Positions 12,301 to 23,790 of a DNA stretch of 64,000 nucleotides are shown here, in pieces. Origin of the DNA: Dudresnaya verticillata (Eukaryota); contig OZ374564.1 of the NCBI GenBank assembly GCA_977862235.1, positions 1,674,001 to 1,738,000 of the forward strand. The letters run 5' to 3'. The notes below the pieces were generated by a model. It saw only the letters and a program-made list of their open reading frames with translations. It did no database searches and had not been told where the DNA came from. A program made the position numbers and the translations under genes. Positions within the stretch are counted from its first letter, which is position 1, and the number at the start of each line of letters is the position of its first letter.

Positions 12301-13107
12301 GACAACACCCCAACGGATTTAAAGTGGATCTTCGAAGCCCATATCAATTATTGAAGGCTTCGGAAAAGAGAAAGTTTGCGTGCATGTCTCAAATTACCGT
12401 TTCTAAGAGAAGCTCCTTAAACCGGGTACAAAATCCTCGGTGCTTACTGAAGAGAAGAATGTTCAGCTGTTGGTGGAATTGTTGACGACCTTCTGCCCTG
12501 AGGGGGGGCCATTTTGGACATGTATGCTGGAACGATGACAGCTGCAATTGCAGCCGTGCAGACTGGTAGGAAATGCACCTGTATAGAGCAGAGCCTACAG
12601 ATATATAGGCTTGCAGTTGCACGCCTGAAAAGGATAGCAAGCGATCGTCGCAAGTTGTCGGAAGGAATGGAAGGAACACCACTGTGCCATGGTACAGCGG
12701 AAGAGGCCCTGGGAGAAGACCAGGGAGCGGATGTGGAAAACCCGCAACAGAAACTGCTCAGGAATGAGGCGAAGAAAAATTCGGATTGCATTACTGGCGG
12801 CGATGCAGTTGTTCTGCACGTTGGGAAGAACGCTGTTGGGAAGGCAAAAGTCGAATTCGGGGCAAGTTCTGATGAAAACGTTCGCAAGCAGATTCATCTG
12901 AAACCCCTGTCGGAATACGAAAAGCCAGGACAGGAACTCATTTCGGTGTACGCCTTCGAATGTGATTCATCCTTTGCCACCTCAGCATATCCGTATAACT
13001 TTCATGTCCCGAACGGCCGCCCTTCCACGATTCTAAGTGAGCTAGACGGGTTTTTTGCATGGGATATCCATGCGATGAAAGCCCAGGAGCGGTGCGACCA
13101 GAAATGA
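9334..13107 (+). pseudogene. ParB/Srx domain + beta-class DNA N6-adenine/N4-cytosine methyltransferase + Tnp1/En/Spm-C-like domain fusion gene, interrupted by a solo LTR and frameshifts
   Basis: MPPKKKKG start; WYGVVDGMHRLAAI; reading frame restored after removing 9820-10661. DIVLTDTPYG (motif IV, 11994-12005); EEKNVQLLVELLTTFCPEGG-ILDMYAGTMTAAIAAVQTGRKCTCIE (motifs X, I, II) across frameshifts at ~12410 and in the G-run at ~12502-12508. Confidence 0.85.
9820..10656 (-). mobile_element. Solo LTR (837 bp) inserted in the ParB-MTase gene
   Basis: TGTGGCATAG...CTATGCCACA 10-bp terminal inverted repeat; 5-bp TSD CTATT/CAATT (1 mismatch). Homologous, in inverted orientation, to the LTR at 23791-24558. 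Confidence 0.9.
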
Positions 13108-13558
13108 GGGTAAAGCAGAGCTGAGCATAATAATCGTTCGCTTCACTAGTTTCCTACATCATAGCGCAATATCGTAAGCCATAATCACATGCTACTCCTC
13201 GCTGGAGACCATGTACTGTCACCGACAGCGCTATCCCGGTAGAAGTCCACAGCGCAAAAGTTGCATCATCGCTCGGTCCCATTTCCACCGCACCTTCGCT
13301 TTCACAATGTCGAATCTGCAGAGTTTCATCGAATTGTAGCTCTTGCAGAGCATGGGATGAATGTCGAGCGGCATGGAAGATCTGCCAACAAGCATCTACA
13401 GGAATGATACATCCACGGCCCCGGTAGAGTAGCAGTAGCGAGGCGGGTCGGGTCACAGCACCGTGAGAATATCGAGAGCTTCGATTTGCAGGTAGGTGCA
13501 CTCGAGCAATACACTTGCGTCTCATCGCGGGACGAGTGCCCGCAGTTCCGAAATTCCT

Positions 13559-13763
13559 GCAATCGCGTGAAAACCTATCCAATATTATGGAGAATGACCA
13601 ACAGCTTTTCGGAAAGCCGCACGTAAATTTCTATTAAACAGCACATACACTGCACGAGATCTGAAAACCTATGATAGGTTTTCCGAAACGTGAGTGCTCA
13701 TGTGCTGTTTAATAGCTTTTTGAATCTCACTGGTCGAAAAGCTGTTATAGGTTTTGCGATTGC
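13559..13763. repeat. ~205-bp nested imperfect palindrome centred on 13673
   Basis: Perfect arms 13663-13672/13674-13683 (10 bp), 13631-13646/13700-13715 (16 bp) and 13600-13611/13735-13746 (12 bp), all in the same register, plus outer arms AAAACCTAT and GCAATCGC. Confidence 0.92.
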
Positions 13764-14183
13764 CTCGGGCAAACACCTTTTACATAGAAAATACGATTGC
13801 TCGACCCCAGGACCTATTTCATATTATGGAGAATGCAAGATAGCTTTTCAGGTCGTGCGGCATAACTCTCCAGGATTTTTTCCATGAGATTTATCGCTGA
13901 TTCCCTTCTCGGACTTTTCTTTCGGAACACCTGGGTCCCTCCACCCGTCCGGTTGCTGGCCAGCGCCCTCCGAAACGCAATCGCAACGGAACCGCCGCGT
14001 TTCGCTACAACCCCCTCCCGCCCGCCCCCCGCGTCTGGCGCCAGGTCGCGCTCCACCGCACCCCACCGACCCGCACAACTACTGTGTTTCCCGTCGCACT
14101 GCCGCATCACGCCCCGGAAGCTACATTGGGGCCTTTTTATGCGTTGCGTGCAGTCCAGATGGAAAGCATATCGCCACGAGCGG

Positions 14184-15606
14184 TGAAGATGATCTGGTTT
14201 CGATCTGGTGCCCTTCAGAGGAGCGGCTGGTTGCGTGGTTAGAGAAGCATACGTCTCGGTTCAGTGCAGTGGCGTGGGACTCATCTCTAAGTGCACCCGA
14301 CCGGTATCGCATCGGCAGCACAGGGCAAGATGCGAAGCGGTTGCTGTGAGATTTTGCGTTGGATGTGTTGTATCACATATCTCCGCAATCAAGACTTGGC
14401 ACTGGTGTGGTAGGGTTGCGTAGCTACGTACGTGATGTGAACAACACGCCCAGCGCTGCGACCTCCTCTGCCAGCAGTACGAATGGTCCTGTTGGGAATG
14501 GCTCGGCGTCTGGGAAGCAAACAGTGGAGCGCAAGGCGAGCATGCTTTCTCGGCTGCGTGGAAATAGCCAGTTCTATCAGTGCGACTTTGACATCGCTGA
14601 CAAATACCCCTCCATGGTCCCGGATGCAGACGTGCTCGTGGTGATGATACAGATGTTCGACACACTTGCTAGTCAGGGCAAGTTCCACGCGAAGCTTCTC
14701 TAGAGCATCAGGAGCTACAACATCAAGGTCAGCAACATGGTCATCATGGATGCCATCTTCCGCGTGTGTGGCCTACCGGACGAAAAGCTTCGGACCATCT
14801 GCTCTGCGGTCGACAAGCTTGACAAAGAGAGCTGGGAGAATGTCAAGGAGATGGTTGTGGATAAGGGACTGGATGAAGCCGCCACCGACAAGATTGAAAC
14901 GTTTGTTATGCTGAACGGCGACCCGTTGCAAATCTTAACGAAGTTGCGCGAACAAGAGGAATTGGCAGAGGTCTGTGGCGAAGCTCTTGATGTAATGGAG
15001 AAGCTTTTCAACTTGGTGGCATTCATGCGCGAGGGGCAACCGCAGTGGTTTTCGTTTCATCTCCCGCTCGCTCGTGGGCTCGACTAATACAATCGCGTCA
15101 TTTTCGAGGCGGTCTTGATCGACAAGAAAACGAGCTTGGGCTCCATTGGCGCTGGGAGTCGCTATGACAATTTGGTGGGAATATTTCGTAAGTCGAGTAT
15201 ACCGTGTGTTGGGTGCTCTCTAGGTATTGAAAGCATAATGAATATGATGGTCCAGGCTGCGCAGAAACAGGCGGCAGCGGAGTCGGTTGACGGGAAGGGA
15301 AAGGTGCGCGACGACGATGGATGTGCTTGTTGTGACGGTCGGAAAAGGAACTATGAAGCCCAGACTGCGGCTTTCCGCAGAAAGCTGGCGCGCCGGGGTT
15401 TCTATTGAGTTTTGCTTCTATGATAATGGACAATGGGAAAGCAGGTGACGCAGGCCATTACTCAAGGCATTAACCTCATGGTGGTTATCGGAGAGGACGA
15501 GATTGCACAAGGTGTAGCAAAATTTAAAGTGCTGGCGACAAAGGCCGAGCAGACCATCCCAAGGGGAATACGGCCCTGTATTAGCGCCCTTTTTAGAGAG
15601 GAGTGA
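14184..15606 (+). pseudogene. HARS: Histidyl-tRNA synthetase pseudogene, eukaryotic cytosolic type, internally deleted
   Basis: [84 protein letters not shown], and anticodon-binding VVIGEDEIAQG. Several stops; motif 1 and the start of motif 2 are absent. 5' boundary approximate. Confidence 0.92.
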
Positions 15607-16799
15607 TCATCGTTCATTGTCGTCGTCGATGCTCTTTGAATGGACGGCATCCCGAATTGCTGTTCAACGCGAGATTTGTCTTCTTCGTGGGCCCAGTTCG
15701 TTTTTGACTCACCATGTCCGATGTTTGTGGTCAAGCACGATCAGCGATTTTGAACCCACAAGACAAGCAAGCCCGGAGGAAGTGAGTTGGTGTGAGATAT
15801 ATGTAAGTTGCAGTATTGGCTTGAAGTTGTCGAATTTCTGGTGGACTCACCTTCGTCATCTTAACCTAGGAGAACCAGTTCAATCACTCTCCAACCCATG
15901 CGCTGAGCTATTTTATTTGCTCAGGTCGCGATTGGGTCGGCTTTGCAGGTGTCCAAAGTGTCCACGCTAGGACAGCCGTATGAAAATATCAAAACAGTAA
16001 TGGCAGCTCACCGAACAGGTAACCTTATATGTTCCTTGCGCCGTTTAGACTCGTCTTGAGGAAGATCTGCATTTTGGCAAGGGCTCATGCCGTGGGCCTG
16101 CACAGAGGCGGTAACGAAGGGAAGACTGCCTATCTTTGCGCAGCATGAGATAAAGAATCTCAAACGATAGGTGGGGATGGGACGTTTGCTTCTAGTGCCA
16201 CCGGCGGAATGGGTAGTGGCGTGTGCCAAGGCTACTACAAAATGGGTTTCTGTACGTTCATGCAGACAGTTCAAGTAACAAGAACAAAAGGCGTTGGCGG
16301 TGGGCAGAAGAGCTGCATAGCTGTGGCTAGTGACATCTTGCGAAGGGAAGGAATCCTAGGGATTTACAAAGGCGTACGCCATTGACGTCAATGCTGTAGC
16401 GTTGCGGCAAGCGACGAATTGGGAATCTCACTTTCGGTTCTGCAGAGTTGTTGAGTCCATCATCCGCAGGAAGGATGGCGCCTTTTGATAGTGTCGTAAG
16501 GTATCATACTTTTCAATCACTGGCAGACTCACCTCTGGGATCGTGCAACACAATTCGAGAGAGACTTTTCTCAGCCTCATTGCACTCTTGCAACTCCTGT
16601 GGCGTGTCGGGAAAGCTCCGAGTACGGGGATCTACAGTTAGATGAACGGAGTACCGGCTTTGGCGAGCAGAGCGAGGCGGACGCGGTGTGGTAGAGGGGC
16701 ACGGCGGAAAGGCGCGCACAAAGGCCCGGGCGGTGCTGTGCGCGCAGAGAGATTTACTAATGGCGGTTATCGTGCCATAACGGTTTCGGAGCAGGTCTT

Positions 16800-17341
16800 T
16801 TAGGATTCGTAGCGGGAGGATCGTGGGCTGGCTTGGGCCTCAACGGATGTGATCACAGTTTCCTGGGCGAACATTGCCTGCGATAAGGCCAATTTGACAC
16901 TGCGATGAACTCGGTGAAAGACACTGCCAACCATGCGCAGAGCCGCTCGCTGCAGACGGGCAACCAGCTGACTTAGCTCATCCTGAGCGCTCCTAAGTTG
17001 CTGGAATTCTTCTTCAAGCTCAACGAGTCGCGCTTCGACATCTTCGACACTTATGTCATCCGTTTGCATCAGGCTTGTTTCGTGACTTCAGACTCCTCTT
17101 TTCTGCGGGCAAGGTGGCGCTGCAAAGCCGCGATATGTACCCTTGCTTCTGTAAGTTTCTCCTGGATGAAGACAAGCAGATGGTTGATTTGACACACAAC
17201 TGGCCACCCTAGTCGTTGAAGCTCACTCGACAAGTACGATACCGTCTCCCGAATGGTCCTGATCTCCCCCTGTAGTGTAGCTATTCTCTCCTGAGCGGAA
17301 TGCAGCCTCCCTTCTATTGTCTCTTGATACATTTTGTGCAT
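16800..17341 (-). pseudogene. Coiled-coil protein of unknown function, split by a frameshift at ~17069
   Basis: Two abutting ORFs with heptad-like composition (IATLQGEIRTIRETVSYLSSELQRL; VEARLVELEEEFQQLRSAQDELSQLVARLQ). Confidence 0.45.
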
Positions 17342-18113
17342 AAGGTAGAGTCTGGAACGTTTGTCTCACGGCGAACTTCAAATTTGCAGACTGGTACTTG
17401 ATGCACAGTTTGGATCATGTTCGCAAACTGGTGAAAATCCAGCTGTAGCCCACGGCGGCTCATTGGATTGACTTGTCCTTCTTCTGCAAGAAAAATCAAG
17501 GGGTATCGAGACGTAAAAATCAACGCAGCCGGCAGCCGGGGTCGTACTTCTCAGCCTCTCTCGATGCTATTTCTTATCCTTGACGCCCATCAATACTACC
17601 CGCTTGTGGTCGTGTGGACGCATGGCGGAATAGAGCAGTCTGCAGGGCGTACCCTTGCAATACCGAGTACTGCTTCTTGATTGACGGGGACTCGAGATTC
17701 GCAACTTGTCCGTTCTGATTGGTAATATGGCACGCTCGTCTCTCGAATCAGACTGTTTTGTTCGCACTGGTGCTATAGTGTATGGCGGAATGGAGTGGTG
17801 CATACAGAGCTAGAGGGAAGCCCTTCCAATACCAGTCGTTTTAACTGCGATCCGTAGCAACTCTGGGCATGCGCAAGCCTGTCATGCAGAACGCCCCGCC
17901 GCCACTGGAACAGTATTATATCGGTGTCGTTTCAGAAGCGCCCTCGGCCCTCCCGAATATTTCAGCTCTTCAGAACAAGTAGCGCACAACTATCGCGCCC
18001 TAGCGGGAACATCGATTTTGTTGCTTCACTTCGCCCGCCCTGAGTGCAAGGAGCATCTTGCACTAGTGAATTGCAAAAGGCTCAGACTCCCCTGCCGAGA
18101 GGGGTAGTAGGAC

Positions 18114-21100
18114 ATGGCCCAAGCCTCATCTGGGCAGGTTTGGAAAGCAGCAAACGTTCCAGTTCAGAACGACGACGACTTCGGCGATGAGCTGCTTCCT
18201 GGAACAAAGCCCGGCGCACGAGTCATGCTCACTCTCAACGAGGAACACGTTGCTACAGCAACCCTGCTACGACCTCATGATTTTAGGGAGGGTGCCGTTG
18301 ATCCCAGTGGTCGATTCAGCACATACCTGCACGGGCGCAACCTTGGGCCTCAACAACGTGATGGAGAAGTATGGGTTGTAGTTCACCTCGTGCGATGCCT
18401 CCACAACTGCAATTCCTACGAAAACCCGTTCCAGTACAAACCAGACAGTACGCCTTGTCTGGAGACGCTGAGTCGAATGCAGACTGGAAAACACGCCTGG
18501 GACCTATTCCAGATTGAGGATCTCATAACCATCTACAATACAGAGCGCAGAAAAAGCTCAGGTGCAACTGTATCCGGAGTGGAAAAACATGCGGTGGCTG
18601 ACGCTAGCCCACCAACACCCCCTCTGCTCAGGGTTCGCAAACCCGCTCCTCACCCAAAACAGCAGCATGGTGCGGAAGAAATGGAAGCGGTGAACAGCCC
18701 TTCAAAACCACCGCCAGAGAAAGGCAATGAAGAGGAAGAAGTCACAAAACTTCTACAATACACACCTGTACGCCGGCCACCTATGCGTGAACGACCCCAA
18801 AAACCATCCAAGAATAACGTCCCGGACGCCTTACCAGTCTCTTCGGCCCCAGTGTCTCTTGAACCCACGACTACACCCGTGGAAGAGAGAGATCCTCTTG
18901 TAGGCGTGACAGACAGAGGCGATGCAGATCTGAAACAAAACTCTGCTAGGGCTGTCGGATCTATTCCTTCTCGAGGAAAAGGAGCAAGCGACGAAGAGAA
19001 CTGTATCACGCCCCAGCCATGCCCTGCACACAATGTCAGACGTACGCCTGAAAGCAGTTCGGGGTTTAGTAGTGGCGCACCAGAACCCGACCCTGATGCT
19101 ACCCCGGCGTTGGCCGCGAGTACTAACACAAAGGGTGACGTGGAACGAACGCCAGGTGCTGATGGCTCGGAAATAGAGCACGGTGAGGAGCAATCAGATG
19201 CTGCGACGTTGGATCTGGTGAGCGATGTAGAGGTGGAAGGTGGAAGTGATGGAATATTAGAAGACGAAGATACTGGAAGCGACCAGGAAATAGAGGACCT
19301 CACCAAGGACGCGGATTACGTGCCAAATGCGACAATTTCACGAAGACGCACGGCAGCATATGAGGCTGAACGGGTCCCGCAAACGCCCAGAGTTGCTGAG
19401 GATGAGACCAATGGCTCCCGAAAAAGAAGGTACCGCTTCTACGCAAGACAAAGAAATAAGTTGAGGGTTGGTGATACTGCGTTGCAAAAGCGTCGCAATG
19501 CTGCTCTGGAAAGGCTTGATGAATAAGACTGGGGCTCAAAGGAGTGCTGCATGCGGAAGCAATGCTTCAAGAGGGTATCGATTGTGTACATGAAAGCCGA
19601 GATTCGCAAACTGTTGTGTATGGACGCCCATGATCGACGAAACTATTTGCACGGGTTGTTGCAGCGACCGGGATGGAATTATTACTTCGACGGTAAGCCA
19701 GTATGCTACACGTTCCTGGAGACGGCGTTTGGGTTTTCCAGGGACCTACAATATTCAGTCAAACAGTTTGGTGGAAGCCGGCCTATGGAGGGTGACAATG
19801 CCGTGCCGTATCAGCCTCCGAGTGAGGGCAGGGATAAGATACTAAGTTACCTCAACCGGCTTGCTGAGATAACAGCAAGCTGCATGCCCGACGCAGATGA
19901 AAAGCATCTGCCGTACTTTGATAAGGCTGCGGTCTACGAGAACTTCCTTCTGGACCAGGAGAGACTGTATCCTGGAAAAGATCCGCCTCGACTAAACTGC
20001 TCCTACCACGTCTGGAAGCACCACCGCAGTGATATAAAAGTCCGCAAAATCCAACGCTTCACAAAGTGTTCGGAGTGTGAAGAATTTCGCGCTGGACTTG
20101 CCAGGGCCGGTACAAACCGCAGACTTGCGGAGCCGTTCCTGCTCCGTAGAAAGGAGCACTACAAGCTGGTTACAATGGAGAGGGTGTACTACAGGGAGAA
20201 TACGGAAAAAGATACTTTGTATCCCTCCGAGTACTGTTCACTGATAATTGATGGCGCGGACCAGAAAGCAATCAGAGTACCAACATTCGTGGTCAGCACG
20301 AAGGCTACGCGTGGACATGCCATGGCAACCAAAGTTGTGGGCGCATTGGAACACGGTTCATTGAAGCACCTATCCCTGTTCGTCATGACAGGAGCGTTTC
20401 AGACCGGCGCGAATGACATGATCGAAACAGTCCATCGCCTTCTCACAGTCAAGCATAACCATGGCACTCTGCAGCCTACGTTGTTACTGCAGCTAGACAA
20501 CTGCACCCGGGAGAACAAAAATAAGTACATGCTTTCTTACCTGGAGTGCTTAGTCGCGTGGGGTGTTCTGCATGAAGTGCAGGTTTCCTTTCTCCCAATC
20601 GGCCACACCCATTCCGACATCGACCAGGTCTTCAGTTGCACAAGCAAGAGGGTCCGATCAAAAGACATGACGACCATGTCTTGCCTTCTCCGCGAACTAA
20701 GCATGTCATACACGCCTCGTCCATCGGTGGCAAGGTTGCTGCAGGTAGCCAACTTTTCCGGGCTGTGTGACAAGTATGCTTGTATTGGCAAGACTAAAGC
20801 ATTCTCACACTACAGATTCTTTCGAATTACTCGCCAACGTGGGAAGGGAATGGCCAGAAAAGCGAGATTCCGCACGCGATGCCTCGTCAAGATTCAGTGT
20901 GGAGATGAGTGGAAACCACTTGTAACAGAAGCACGTGGCAACTCTCTCAAACAGGAAGGCTTCATACTATTCACCCCTGACCTCGTTAAGACGCCAGAGA
21001 CCATAGCGCGATGCCCACCTGATATGAAGGAGGTCAATGATGGCATACGTTGCACCGAAGTCCGAGCGCTCAAGGCGTCGCAGATCGTCGAACTGGAAAA

Positions 21101-21596
21101 TCTTAGGGATCACGTCTATAGAGATCGAAACGAACCATTTCACTGGGACTTGGGTCACGCCCCGGAGACGAATGGGAAGCTGCGAAGGGACAGTAGACAG
21201 CATAGAGACCCCGAAATGCTTCCGGAGATACAAGAAGAGGAGCAACTACCCGCACAGGACCTAACCTACAACCACAACAGAATGGTGGCCGTCAATTATG
21301 TTCAGGCAACCGAGCAATGTCCCTTTTACGTGGCAAAAGTGATAGAAGTTGTGAAAGGGGACGATGGAAAGGTTTCGAAATTGTTGTTGCGGTAGTATGA
21401 AGCCAAGCACACCGGTAATGTTTTCAGTGCAGCTTAGAAACCTTCGTTCTACAAAACCAGGCGCGGGGTCGCAAAGGAATGGGAAGAAGACGTCACCGTT
21501 GATTGCGTACTTGTGGAGTTCGAGGCCCTTACCAGGAATGGCAGGCTACCAGTTTCTGTGCAGAAGAAGTTGCGCGAGTGCCTTCACAAACAGTAG
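18114..21596 (+). pseudogene. Sola1-like (DUF7869-type) DDD transposase, ~1160 codons with three in-frame stops
   Basis: ORFs 18114-19526 and 19551-21395 share one frame, which continues to TAG at 21594-21596 (stops at 19524, 21393, 21435). FTKCSEC zinc motif, IIDGADQ, LQLDNCTRENKN, FLPIGHTHSDIDQVFS. Confidence 0.85.
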
Positions 21597-21766
21597 CGCC
21601 CGCAGCCATCTGTAGAGCAAGGAATAGATGTAAGTTTACTGAGTCAGAATGGGAAGTATAGAGTGAAGGTGATTAGGTTAATGTGTTTGAGAGCTGCTAT
21701 GAAACTGGTTTGTTTTCCGGTTCGTCCAGGACTACCACTTTCTATACTTGAGCAGTAGTGCTAGGA

Positions 21767-22283
21767 CGCGAAATTGGTACTGTGCGAGTGGTGTGCGGTT
21801 CCTTGCCTTGCAATGTAAACCTTGCAATGTAAATAGCGGGGTTTGTTTGGTCAGCGTTGCAAAAGCGTTTGAGGCAAGGCACACCGGAAGCCATTTGAAG
21901 TTAGAGCGGTTGATGTCGCGGTCCAGCACGTGATGAAGTTTCAGCACTTCAGCAGTTGGCGTCGACGGAAATGAAAACACGCGAAATTGTTGTTGTGCAA
22001 GTGATTGTTATTTGCCTTGCAATGGCAATACGAGGGCAATGATAACACGCGAAATTCTTGTTGTGGGAGTGATTCCTATTTGCCTTGCAATAGCAACACG
22101 GGGGTAATGATAACTCGCGAAATTGTTTTCGTGCGAATGGATTGCGTTGTTTGGCTTGCAATGGCAATAGCGGGGGCTGTTTGCGAAGCGATGTAAAAGC
22201 GACTGACGCAAGGCGCACCGAAAGCCATGCGCAGGTAGAGCGGTTGGTGTCACTCTGCAGTACCTGATGCAGTTTCAGCACTT
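21767..22283. repeat. 68-bp tandem repeats (CGCGAAATT at 21980, 22048, 22116) inside a diverged ~180-bp direct duplication
   Basis: Exact 68-bp periodicity; 21767-21949 aligns with 22116-22283, both ending AGTTTCAGCACTT. Confidence 0.85.
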
Positions 22284-22829
22284 GAGCGGGACCTGCTCAA
22301 TTTTCCCCCAGTCGCACAACACTTACCGCAGCGGCGGGGCATGTCGTAGATGTGAAGTCTACGACTTCACGCGCACTTTGACATGCCCTGCACGGTGCGG
22401 TAGAGTAGGTGCGCGAGCTGCGCGGCTTGATGGGGAGGGCGGCAGGGGCGGGTGTAGACAGCGGGGTGTGGTGAGCTTGCAGTCTGATATGGCAAGCGAG
22501 ATGGCGGTAGAGGTGGTGCGGCACAGGCGCCGCACTGGACCCGGAGTGGGATGATGGCCACGAGACGGAGGGGTGATACTGGTGAGCCAGGGTAAATTTG
22601 GGCCAAGCAGTACCAGTCGTGCGGGACGACACTGTGCCCTTGGTCCCAGCCCAGGGCAGGCCGGGGGGTGAGGCGAGCGGGGCCAGACATGCCGGAGCAC
22701 GGGCACAGGCGCCCGTGCGCGCCCAGGCGCCCCCCCGAAGGGCAGCAGGGGGCAGCGAAATTTCTGGCTAAATTTTAATCCGGAAATTCCGAGACTTTCC
22801 AAACTTTCGTGAAACTTTCGGGACATTTC

Positions 22830-23462
22830 ACCCCTATATGCAGCACGCCATAACTCCGCAACCGCACATGCTATCCCAAAACCGATCCCACCATTCTTCT
22901 CAGCTCTCTCTTCCCAGTCTAACGCGATATAGAAAACGTCATTCCATGAGCATCTTTTCAGACTGATTCGCGACACAGATTCTGAAAGCCCGGAAATCTG
23001 TGTTGGTTCCGGACGTTGGGCAGTGGCCTCATTCTCGCCGCCCGGCGGCTGCCACGCCGCATCGTGTTTAGCCACAGCGACGGCGGCCGGCTCAAAGGCC
23101 CTTGAAATGCGGGGCGAGCCAATCGCAGCGGCGCTCAGACCGGCTGGCGCTGCCGGACGGGATTCCTTTGCGGACGCAGAGGCGCCCGCACCGCCAGGTG
23201 CAGCAGAATGGGCCGGCGCAGCGGCGCCGACCTTCATGGCGCCAGCAGCAGGGCCAACGGGCCCACACCTGCCACAAAAGCAGATGGTCCGGCTGCCGAC
23301 CTCGGATCCCCTACCCCGCACGCTGCTCCTGGGGGAGGTAGGGGTGCCGCCACGGGCACTGCGGGCGCGACCATCGATGGCGCGCACGGCCGGCGGCGTA
23401 GCAGGAGCGGGTACCCCTTTAGCAGGGGCACCGCGGATAGTAGACGAGCGCGTCTTCGCCAT
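22830..23462 (-). pseudogene. Truncated antisense ORF in the 3' internal region of an LTR retrotransposon remnant
   Basis: Ala/Pro-rich N-terminus followed by a Trp-containing globular stretch (CSWNDVFYIALDWEE...AELWRAAY). Lies just upstream of a PPT+LTR, the same layout as 42552-45149. Confidence 0.5.
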
Positions 23463-23790
23463 CCTCGGATTACCACGCGTCGAGCGCGTTTGCACGTCGA
23501 CGCGGAGAGGGGGTGGAGGTAGAACAGCACAACATCATGACAGCGGTCAGTGGTGTGCCGAGCGTGGAAGTGAGGGGAGGGTTGTGCGGAGCGATACCAG
23601 AAACCTACCCAGCGTTTACCGCGCGGTGATCCTTATATGCGCAGCCGCGCAGCGGTGGGCCGCACATGCGCGCGCCCCGTCGACGGGCACGCGCGTGTGG
23701 CGTTTCGGTAACGGCCACTCAGGCGCGCCATCGTGGCCCCGAGTGTACCCCAACGGACGTGAGCGGGACGCTCACGCTTGAGGGGGGCCG

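Noticed and set aside
6695..13874. CCTGG...CCAGG as definitive TIRs
   Set aside because: Only about 11/15 match and no TSD; kept as a hint, not as a feature.
21976..22170. CRISPR-like array or zinc-finger coding repeat
   Set aside because: Units are similar along their whole 68-bp length (no unique spacers), no cas genes are present, and the period is not a multiple of 3.
23023..23781. 252-aa plus-strand ORF and similar long ORFs in GC-rich LTRs
   Set aside because: Shadow frames of GC-rich or antisense-coding sequence; low complexity and no motifs.
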